A DNA stretch of 50,627 nt from an uncultured Bdellovibrionales bacterium (lineage in GTDB: Bacteria; Myxococcota; XYA12-FULL-58-9; CAYHNK01). Below the pieces are notes generated by a model. That model was not told where the DNA came from, ran no database searches, and worked only from the letters and a program-made list of their open reading frames with translations. The position numbers and the translations under genes were made by a program. This document shows, one piece after another, positions 9,702 through 16,668 of the stretch. The stretch covers positions 1 to 50,627 of the forward strand of contig CAYHNK010000002.1 of the NCBI GenBank assembly GCA_964357695.1, read 5' to 3'. How positions within the stretch are numbered: position 1 is the stretch's first letter; the number at the start of each line of letters is the position of its first letter.

Positions 9702-10361
9702 TCACCTCAAAACCAGCTTCGACATCTTCGAGACTCGGGGGGGCACCTTCGAGCCGGAGACGAGGGCCTCGAACTCGCCTTCGGCAATCTCCAACATTGA
9801 TGCAACGCCGGCACGGCACTTCTCGCAATGGCTGCGATAGAGCCTCTGGAGCGGAGTCTGCGCCGGCGCCGTTTGGTTCTGAACCGGCCTTGTTCTCCCC
9901 CCTTGGCCTTTGATCTCTTTCAGCAGCTTTTTGTACGTTGCCGCGATTCTGGCCTTGTTGCGACCGTTAATGTCACGCGACTGCTGCGCGCACTTCAACA
10001 GGCCCCGTGTGCGCTCGGGAGCTAGTCGGCCGACGCACTCGTGACCCCTCTTCTCCAGCTCAGCGAAGTCGGGCTTCTTTACCTCACGCTGATTGCCGTC
10101 TAGTTGGACCCACGTCCGCTTGTCGAAGCAGGGCTCTTGTCCTTCGTCGATCCGGAAGCAGCCCTCCGCTGGACAGCCGCAAGGTGAGGCCCCCATGTTG
10201 TGGTACCGAGGCTGAGAAGTCGTAATCGCGACCGACACCTTGTAGTCACCGGTCTCGCACTCGCCAATTACAACGTAGTACTTCGGTGTTGGCCCCTTGC
10301 CATCGCCGAAATCGATTGGGCCTCGCCAGACGCAACCGGCCCTGAGATCGTCGTCTACCAT
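9702..10361 (-). CDS. unassigned protein, candidate toxin partner of the Panacea antitoxin
   Basis: 219 aa. Its start overlaps the stop of the DUF4065 gene by 7 nt (ATGGTAG). The N-terminal GCVWRGPIDF...KYYVVIG...VSVAITTS loosely recalls a MazF/SH3-barrel pattern. The Cys-rich middle and basic C-terminal half are not recognised. Confidence 0.55.
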   Translation of the reverse strand: MVDDDLRAGCVWRGPIDFGDGKGPTPKYYVVIGECETGDYKVSVAITTSQPRYHNMGASPCGCPAEGCFRIDEGQEPCFDKRTWVQLDGNQREVKKPDFAELEKRGHECVGRLAPERTRGLLKCAQQSRDINGRNKARIAATYKKLLKEIKGQGGRTRPVQNQTAPAQTPLQRLYRSHCEKCRAGVASMLEIAEGEFEALVSGSKVPPRVSKMSKLVLR

Positions 10362-10933
10362 TGAAAGAGCGCTACCGCTTCACGCTCCTCCCTTTCGATT
10401 TGGTCCGCCTGCTCGGCTGTAATCGATCCGGGCTTTTCGTCCAGCGCCAGCCTGTATGGGATCTCTGCTTGCGGTCTTCGCTCGACCTTGAAGACGTGGT
10501 GCCACGGCTCGCCAGCAAGATGGGTGGCCTCAGTCATCATCGACGCTGTGGCGTCCCTGAAGACGTCCGCGAGGTGTTCGAGCATGTCCAACTCTCGTTG
10601 CGTGAACACCGTCTCGTCGAACTTCTTTCGCCCCCTGATCATCAATCGAGGTCCGGGAAGGTCCGGATCTGCTGCCCCCTCCTCGTGGACGAAGACGGCG
10701 CGGGCGAAGTCGGGACGCGGGGCCTTGAGCTCGTCGACGAGGTCGTTGGGCACGGGGCCGAGGGGCCAAGCGAAGTACCGCAGCCCGGTGACCGACCTTC
10801 CCGTCTGGCGGTAGATGCCGAAGTCAAAGTAGAAGAGCAGCTTGAAGAGCTTGAGCTTGTAGCAATTGCGCGTGTTCGTGACGAAGAACACGATCGCGTT
10901 CAGCAGTTTCTCCCTGGCCACCTCGCGGTCCAT
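10355..10933 (-). CDS. Panacea-domain (DUF4065, SocA-like) antitoxin
   Basis: KLLNAIVFFVTNTRNCYKLKLFKLLFYFDF..YRQTGRSVTGLRYFAWPLGPVP matches the DUF4065 core. Canonical AAGGAG lies 8 nt upstream of the ATG at 10933. Confidence 0.8.
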   Translation of the reverse strand: MDREVAREKLLNAIVFFVTNTRNCYKLKLFKLLFYFDFGIYRQTGRSVTGLRYFAWPLGPVPNDLVDELKAPRPDFARAVFVHEEGAADPDLPGPRLMIRGRKKFDETVFTQRELDMLEHLADVFRDATASMMTEATHLAGEPWHHVFKVERRPQAEIPYRLALDEKPGSITAEQADQIEREEREAVALFQW

Positions 10934-11102
10934 CGTCACAGCTCCTTGGTAGGACAGGGTAGCCCGTTCGACATGTGCGCACCAGGGTGAACGGGCATCG
11001 GCAGCGACGTGGCGCACGACGAGGAAAACATCAGGATTCGTGCCGGCGTAGTGGGCGCCATCGCGTGGATATCGGATGACAAGAGGGCGCGTCGCTGCAC
11101 TG

Positions 11103-11438
11103 CTACGGGTCCCGTGGTTTCGCGGGAAACAGTTCGATGATGTCGGCGAGGTGCTCGTCTCGTGGCGCTTCGAAGGGGTGCTTTGCCCAACTCCTCACCG
11201 CAGACTGCACCTGGAGTAGCAGCGGCGCTTCGCCATACTGCGCGAGGGTCGCGTCGATTGCCCCGAGAAGGTTACTCGCAGCGAGGTTCTTCACGCGCAT
11301 GAGCGTCTCCTGCGACAGCGTGTCTTCGGGACCTTCTGGTCGGCGCAAGGCTGCCACCATCAGGCCCTGCGCGAGGTTCAAATGCGCGCTCACCAAGACC
11401 TGCGCCAATAGACGTACCTCGTCGCGTGCATTCTCCAT
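11103..11438 (-). CDS. hypothetical protein (helical)
   Basis: GC3-rich ORF. GGAGAGG lies 9 nt upstream of the ATG at 11438. Co-directional with the Panacea pair but separated from it by about 170 nt. Confidence 0.5.
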   Translation of the reverse strand: MENARDEVRLLAQVLVSAHLNLAQGLMVAALRRPEGPEDTLSQETLMRVKNLAASNLLGAIDATLAQYGEAPLLLQVQSAVRSWAKHPFEAPRDEHLADIIELFPAKPRDP

Positions 11439-11464
11439 CACGTTGGTGTCCTCTCCGGGCCGTC

Positions 11465-11489
11465 TGAGCACTTCCGCGGCACGTGCTCA
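11465..11489. promoter_or_regulatory. perfect 7-bp inverted repeat TGAGCAC-N11-GTGCTCA upstream of the 11438 start
   Basis: Seen directly. Lies 27-51 nt upstream of the start, next to a TACTAT -10-like hexamer on the minus strand. Confidence 0.3.
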
Positions 11490-11599
11490 TAGTAGCAACA
11501 TGGCCCGAAGAAATCCTATTTCGGCGGGCCCTTGCCCCACCTACCGTCAGGCGCGATAGCGCACTAGCAGCGCATCGACCTGCGCCAGCGGATAGGCGC

Positions 11600-11651
11600 G
11601 AGATACATGGCCGAGATACATGGCTGGCACCGAGTTGGAGCACCGAGTTGG
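11600..11651 (+). repeat. R1 repeat copy 2 (degenerate, with internal tandem duplications)
   Basis: GAGATACATGGCC/GAGATACATGGCT then GGCACCGAGTTGG/AGCACCGAGTTGG. The core differs from R1 by one substitution and a 1-nt deletion. Confidence 0.5.
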
Positions 11652-11695
11652 CTGGCGAAAAATGGTGCGGAGCAGCAACTCCGCACGCTGAGATG

Positions 11696-11872
11696 CAGCT
11701 CCATCCCCCTCGCTCGGGTCTCCCAAGTGACCCCGATGCAGCGCCATCCCCGCTACTCGGGCCTGCCGAGTGCCCTCGGTGTAGCGCCATCCCCGCTACT
11801 CGGGCCTCTCAAGTGACCTCGGTGTAGCTCCATCCCCGCTACTCGGATCTGCCGAGTGATGCTGAATCAGGC
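11696..11872. repeat. 43-bp tandem repeat, 4 units
   Basis: CCATCCCC anchors at 11701, 11744, 11787 and 11830 give an exact 43-bp period. Units contain ACTCGG-N5-CCGAGT hairpins. There are no spacers. Confidence 0.85.
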
Positions 11873-11956
11873 GCTTGACCGCTACCCGACCTCGGGCCAT
11901 GGTCCCGAGTGCCCGCGGCCGTGGGGGCCACGCGTGCAACACCAGCGAAAAGGGGA

Positions 11957-12664
11957 ATGACCATGTCGTACCAGATTCCGGACAACGCATCTCTCGAGCG
12001 CATGATGGACTACACCACCGGCGTCGTGGCGAGCCTGTCGGCGATGCCAGAGACGGCCGCCCTCGTGAAACCGTGGCAGCCGGTCGCCGAGAAGCTTCGC
12101 GCCGAACGGGACGCGCGCGACACGACACGCGCGGCGCAGCTCGCAGCAGCAGCCAAGGTGCGGGTGTGCGATGCCCGCTGGGACGCCGTGGTCACCGAGC
12201 TCTCGGGCCGCGCCTACCTCGCTGGCGGCAAGGACGCGATGAAGGAGCCCTACGTCTCGCTCTTTGGCAGTGTGCGCGCCGCCGACGCCACGGCGCTGGG
12301 GCCGTACAAGGCCACGGTCTTCGGCCGCAAGCTGCTTGCGCGCCTCGGCGAGCTCGGCCACACGGACCTGAAGGACATGACCGCCGCGCTCGCGAGCATC
12401 AACACGGAGCTCGAGCGTGCCGCCACGGGCCGTACGGAGATGGCCGAGAAGGCCGCAGCGCACGAGGTGCGGCGTCACAAGCTCGTCGAAGAGATCGAGG
12501 CGCTCGTCGCCCAGACTGAGGTGGGTGTGCTCACCGCGTTGCCCGGCAAGAGCACCATCTCCCGGACCATGCTGAGCTGGAACAGCCACGTCAGCCGTTC
12601 GACCCGCACGCGTGTGATGACGGAGACGAGCGCACAGGCGACCGAAGGCGGGCCGACAGTTTGA
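11957..12664 (+). CDS. hypothetical helical protein with its 3' end supplied by the 87-bp repeat
   Basis: GC3-rich frame. AAGGGG precedes the ATGs at 11957 and 11963. The last 28 codons are encoded by the repeat shared with 21469-21555. Confidence 0.55.
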   Translation: MTMSYQIPDNASLERMMDYTTGVVASLSAMPETAALVKPWQPVAEKLRAERDARDTTRAAQLAAAAKVRVCDARWDAVVTELSGRAYLAGGKDAMKEPYVSLFGSVRAADATALGPYKATVFGRKLLARLGELGHTDLKDMTAALASINTELERAATGRTEMAEKAAAHEVRRHKLVEEIEALVAQTEVGVLTALPGKSTISRTMLSWNSHVSRSTRTRVMTETSAQATEGGPTV

Positions 12665-12665
12665 G
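12579..12665. repeat. 87-bp dispersed repeat, copy A
   Basis: Near-identical to 21469-21555 (ggAACAGCCACGTCAGCCGTTCGACCCGCACGCGTGTGATGACGG...GGGCCGACAG(t/c)TTGAG), with one mismatch seen. Confidence 0.85.
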
Positions 12666-12708
12666 CTCATCCTAAGCCCGCGTGGCGGAACGTCTACGAT
12701 TCTTCCCT

Positions 12709-12760
12709 GGATACGTGGCTGGCACCGAAGTTGGCTCAAGTTCGGCCCACGAAGTTGGCG
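12709..12760 (+). repeat. R1 repeat copy 3 plus degenerate tail
   Basis: GGATACGTGGCTGGCACCGAAGTTGG followed by CTCAAGTTCGGCCCACGAAGTTGG. CCGAAGTT/AAGTTCGG can pair as a hairpin with one mismatch. Confidence 0.7.
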
Positions 12761-12910
12761 CATGAAGCACTTGCGGGTCCAGGCGCAAGCCTAGTAAGTA
12801 CATGCCTGTCTCGGACCTCAGCCCCTATGGCCGGTTTTTGGGTGTCGATCAGTGGCCGGGTTTGAGGTGTCCACCGAGTACGGAATCAACCGCGGCAGCA
12901 AGGGGCACCG

Positions 12911-13972
12911 ATGTTTGCGCTTTGTTCAGTAGTGCTAATCGTCGCAGCGCCGCCCACGGCAAAAACGAAGTCCCCTGCGGCCTCGGATGTGGCGATCTTG
13001 AAGTGCGCGCGACTCGCAGCGTCCACCGACCGCCTCGCCTGCTACGACGCTGTCGCCGCGGAGCATGGCGCAAAGGTGCCCACCAAGGACGCTGCGGCTG
13101 CCGGTTGGCAGCTCAAGACCGAAACGTCACCGATCGACGACACCGCCAACGTCTTCCTGTCGCTGTCTGCAGAGAGCGAGATCACCGGATGGCCGGACAA
13201 GAAAGTTGTGCCGAAGCTCATCATCCGATGCAAGGAGAAGGTCCTCGATGCATACATGGTCACTGGAATGGCGGCCGCTGGCGACGCGACACCGGTGACC
13301 TACCGACTGGACAAGCAGGCCGCAGTGAAGTCAACGTGGGGCAACGCAACGAGCAGCGACTCCATCTTCTTCCGCCCGCCGGTGGGCGACACTGTCGTCG
13401 ACTTTGTCGAACAACTCAGCAAGGCAGAAACCTTCCTCATCGAACTCACGCCGTACAACTCGACACCGACGATGACTCGGTTCATCGTCAAGAGCCTCGT
13501 CGAGGCGCTGCCGCCACTTCAGGACGCCTGCAAGGGCGAGTGGGAAGATCGGGACTTCCTTGGTACCGGACTTCCCGGAATTCAGTGGAAGACCACACAG
13601 AAGGATTTCCTTGCCCGCTGGTCGTTTCTGAAGCCACAGGAAGTCGCCCCAAAATCGAGCTTCCACGTGGACGTCAAGTGCTACTCCGCAACGGGCATGA
13701 AGCTTCGTCCGGATCTACAGCCGGTGAACGTGTCGACATGCTTCTACAAGGACCAGCTCTATCGCATAGAGATACAGTGTCCGAAGTGCTCGATAACACG
13801 CGACGCGTGGCAGAGTCTTCTTGGCAAGGACCTGGGAGCATTCAAACCCTACAAGGAGAATTCCTGCGCCTGGAAACACGCTCGGTCTGTTGGGATGCTA
13901 TTCGAGAGCGAATACTTCAGCAACGTCATGCTTCGATTCTTGCCCATCTCGGCACTTGAGCCGAAGGAGTAG
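12911..13972 (+). CDS. secreted protein, N-terminal VasI/TagO-like domain, Cys-rich C-terminal half
   Basis: Signal-like N-terminus. CARLAASTDRLACYDAV followed by W..KTETSPIDD and PKLIIRC resembles T6SS-associated VasI-family proteins. GC is visibly lower than in the core genes. Confidence 0.5.
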   Translation: MFALCSVVLIVAAPPTAKTKSPAASDVAILKCARLAASTDRLACYDAVAAEHGAKVPTKDAAAAGWQLKTETSPIDDTANVFLSLSAESEITGWPDKKVVPKLIIRCKEKVLDAYMVTGMAAAGDATPVTYRLDKQAAVKSTWGNATSSDSIFFRPPVGDTVVDFVEQLSKAETFLIELTPYNSTPTMTRFIVKSLVEALPPLQDACKGEWEDRDFLGTGLPGIQWKTTQKDFLARWSFLKPQEVAPKSSFHVDVKCYSATGMKLRPDLQPVNVSTCFYKDQLYRIEIQCPKCSITRDAWQSLLGKDLGAFKPYKENSCAWKHARSVGMLFESEYFSNVMLRFLPISALEPKE

Positions 13973-14250
13973 CAGTCATCCCCAACGCCCGTGCAGCAAC
14001 CGCATCGGAATTCGCGTGAGGCGCGAAGACGCCATAGTACCTGAGTGTGTGTACCCGCGACGGTGGGATGAGCGCGGCCACGCGCCCCACCAGCTCGACC
14101 CCGGTGAGCACAATGCTCGTGCCGTCCTTCCAAGCGGTCTTCAGGCGAATGCTGTAGCGACCATCTTCGAGTCGTTTGAGCCGGTCGTTGCCCAGTGGCG
14201 GCCGCACGAGGTAGCGACACAGCCGCTCGCGATGGCCGCGGTCATGGGCT
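13926..14250 (-). pseudogene. IS91-family transposase C-terminal relic (copy 3 of 5)
   Basis: RERLCRYLVRPPLGNDRLKRLEDGRYSIRLKTAWKDGTSIVLTGVELVGRVAALIPPSRVHTLRYYGVFAP. Has no N-terminal part, and its 5' break abuts R1 copy 4. Confidence 0.7.
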
Positions 14251-14253
14251 CGG

Positions 14254-14310
14254 GGATACGTGGCTGGCACCGAAGTTGGGCACCGAAGTTGGGCCGCAAG
14301 TTGGGCCGCT
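14254..14310 (+). repeat. R1 repeat copy 4 plus tandem tail
   Basis: GGATACGTGGCTGGCACCGAAGTTGG then GCACCGAAGTTGG, GCCGCAAGTTGG, GCCGCTGG. Confidence 0.7.
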
Positions 14311-14430
14311 GGTAGAGGCGAGGTGGGCGGCGTTGAAGGGCGGGTGAGCTGACGCCAGCGACCCACGCCGCGTGCCTTCTTGACGATGACGGCATGTCCC
14401 GGAAGGATGCCGAACCAGTGAAACGCCCGC

Positions 14431-15072
14431 ATGGCCAAAGACAAGATTGCACGGATCGTCTTTTCCTACGGTGGTGGTCGATACCACTTCATGAGCGTCA
14501 TGGTTGGAAGGGACAATTCGTTCTATTTCCACGTCGCAAGGCGGGATGGCGAGCCGTACTGCACCGCCAAGATTGCCACGACTCCAGGGGTACGCACACC
14601 GATTCGCTTTGACGACTTTCGGGTTTCCTCCTTCGACTTCAACAAGGTCTCGCTGCACGCGTCCGGGGAAATCCACCTGACGGATAAGCAAGGCGCGGCC
14701 TCAGAAAATCGCAGCTTCGGCCTGCCCTTTGAGCGTATTGACGCGTACCGCGAAGCACTCATAGCAGCTCCATGCAAACCCGATCTGCTTCCCGTGCCGC
14801 GCATGCGACCTGGATTCGAGCTGATGCTGCCATTGCCCGATGACATGACGCCCTTCTTCCTCAGCTTCACGATTGTGAGGCACGGCGCAGACTATGCGGA
14901 CTCGTTGCCGCCTCCGGGAGACGTGATGGGCGACTACGCCTTGCTGCCGCAGATGGGTTCTGCGTTCGGCTTGCTCGTCACGGCCCGCACAGTCGGCCAA
15001 GAGAAGACAGGCACCGTCGTGACCTGGCCACCAAACTCGTTCTGGTTGTTCCGCAAGGATAACGCGATCTAG
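14431..15072 (+). CDS. hypothetical protein (no family recognised)
   Basis: 213-aa ORF with coherent codon structure. Its first lines count about 50% GC, against 70% or more in core genes. No signal peptide. Confidence 0.6.
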   Translation: MAKDKIARIVFSYGGGRYHFMSVMVGRDNSFYFHVARRDGEPYCTAKIATTPGVRTPIRFDDFRVSSFDFNKVSLHASGEIHLTDKQGAASENRSFGLPFERIDAYREALIAAPCKPDLLPVPRMRPGFELMLPLPDDMTPFFLSFTIVRHGADYADSLPPPGDVMGDYALLPQMGSAFGLLVTARTVGQEKTGTVVTWPPNSFWLFRKDNAI

Positions 15073-15102
15073 TCCTCCTACCCCTAGCAACGGACACCCC
15101 TC

Positions 15103-15747
15103 ATGAAGAAATGGATGAAAGAGAATCGAGCGGGGCTGACCAAGGACGCTTTGCTCATCGTGGTGAGCGGGTTCCTTGGCATGTTCTTCGCCCGGTGCGA
15201 TTCCGATCGAGCAACTGCCGATGTGGTTCTCCAACGACTTGAGCTCGCTTACCTTGAGGCTGAGCGAAACGGGAACTGGGGCACTGACGCCATCGGCGTC
15301 GTGGAGGCCGCTCCAGAAGGGCAAATCAGCCTGAAGCTCGCACGCATCCACCTTGATGCGATTCGCGCGGTGCTCTCGGACCCCGACATCATTGACCAGA
15401 TCCCCCAACGAACGTTGCAGGTTTTTTCCGTTTACATCGAGAAGGCCGAGGATGTGCAACAGCTAACAAACGAGATTCGCGTGTTTGTCGCCACACACCA
15501 TGCGTTGCCGCCCCACGGAGATGCGGACGCACAGGTCAAGCACTTCAACAAGATGCTCCGTGAATACCTGACGTCGTTCACCGCCGCGGCCCTGGGCTCA
15601 AGACTGAGCTTGGCAAGTGTCCTCGATCTCGACACGAAGAAGACTGAGAGCATCACCCAGGCTCGCAAGGGGGCCGAACAAGACATTGATCTGGCTAGAA
15701 AAGGCCTGGTTCGGGCCCTGTCTCAGAGGCCTTTGGCGAGGCCGTAG
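15103..15747 (+). CDS. hypothetical membrane-anchored protein (no family recognised)
   Basis: 214 aa. N-terminal TM (ALLIVVSGFLGMFFA) followed by a helical soluble domain. Starts 30 nt downstream of the previous ORF. Confidence 0.6.
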   Translation: MKKWMKENRAGLTKDALLIVVSGFLGMFFARCDSDRATADVVLQRLELAYLEAERNGNWGTDAIGVVEAAPEGQISLKLARIHLDAIRAVLSDPDIIDQIPQRTLQVFSVYIEKAEDVQQLTNEIRVFVATHHALPPHGDADAQVKHFNKMLREYLTSFTAAALGSRLSLASVLDLDTKKTESITQARKGAEQDIDLARKGLVRALSQRPLARP

Positions 15748-15984
15748 GCGTTGGGTGCGTCACAAGAGCGGTGCGTCATCGCTGAGCGCCAGGTTGTCGC
15801 CGCCGTTGTCAGCGGGATCCATTTTCAGCGGCATCAGCGGAGGCCAGTGATCCACCCGCTGGTATGCAAGCGGTCGTTCGCCCGAACCGACAGCGCGCGA
15901 GAGCTGCGCTGGGCTGAGCCCGCTCGCTGACGCGGCGGAGGCGGGAGTCGAGAGCCTCCCCGTCGAGGGCCTGGTCGTGTGCGC

Positions 15985-16668
15985 TCAGTCTGCCGTCTTG
16001 TTGCCCCCGCGCGTACCGTAGCCCTTGCCATCCAGCACGAAGTGCTCCGAGCGCTCCGTCAATCGCTCCGCTATCACCTGGGCGTTGAGCGCATCGGGAA
16101 ACACCTTCGGCCAGTCCTTGAACGGTCGGTTGGTCGTGATCATCGTCGAGCGCCGGTAGTCGTAGCGCTCCGAAATCACCTGGAAGGCGAGCTTGGCCTG
16201 CGCCGGGTCCATCGCCAACACGGCAAAGTCATCGATCATGAGCAAGTCGGCGCGCACGTAGCGGCGGGCGACGCGCTCGAGCGCACCATGAAGCTCGGCA
16301 CCGTGCAGCTCATTGAGCAACTTCGGCGCCGAGATCACCACGACGCGCTTGCGTGCCTGACACGCCGCATAGGCGAGCGCGCGCGCCAGGTAGCGACTGC
16401 GCAGCTTCTTGCGGCACGGGTCGTAGTCGAAGTCGAAGCCCTCGATGGTGTTGACCTCCGGGAATCGCGCCGCCGAGATGCGTCTGTCCACCGAGCGGCG
16501 CAAGCGACTGTGCGTCTCCTCGTCGGCGAGGCGGTCGATGACCTCGAGAGCGCTGAGATTGTCCTTTGCCGCGAGCCTCAAGACGGCCGCGATGGCGTCC
16601 ACCATCCCGGGCAATCGCAGCCACCGGAGCTTGTCGAGCAGCAACGCCAGCTTGTCGTCATCCTTCAT
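15985..16668 (-). CDS. istB: IS21-family helper protein IstB, apparently lacking the Walker A segment
   Basis: ARFPEVNTIEGFDFDYDP, LLMIDDF (Walker B) and STMITTNRPFKDW are present. No G..GxGKT motif is found between RSRYL and ARALAYAAC. 227 aa. Confidence 0.85.
   Translation of the reverse strand: MKDDDKLALLLDKLRWLRLPGMVDAIAAVLRLAAKDNLSALEVIDRLADEETHSRLRRSVDRRISAARFPEVNTIEGFDFDYDPCRKKLRSRYLARALAYAACQARKRVVVISAPKLLNELHGAELHGALERVARRYVRADLLMIDDFAVLAMDPAQAKLAFQVISERYDYRRSTMITTNRPFKDWPKVFPDALNAQVIAERLTERSEHFVLDGKGYGTRGGNKTAD

Noticed and set aside
11696-11872. Possible CRISPR array
   Set aside because: The 43-bp units are directly abutting with no unique spacers, and no cas genes occur in the window. 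It is called a plain tandem repeat.
11882-12763. 293-aa minus-strand ORF opposite the 11957-12664 gene
   Set aside because: The plus-strand frame has much stronger third-position GC bias and an RBS. The minus frame includes the R1 and 87-bp repeats and reads as Arg/Gly-rich filler.
12802-13959. 385-aa plus-strand ORF overlapping 12911-13972 in another frame
   Set aside because: Arg/Gly/Cys-rich with no signal or motifs. The alternative frame has a signal peptide and the RLACYD-type domain.
9502-14310. R1 copies as integron attC sites or as functional sigma54 promoters
   Set aside because: There is no intI-like integrase in the window and no paired inverse-core/core (RYYYAAC...GTTRRRY) structure, only a GTTGG resemblance. 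For sigma54, the invariant -12 GC is replaced by GG in every copy. Both ideas are kept only as caveated remarks.
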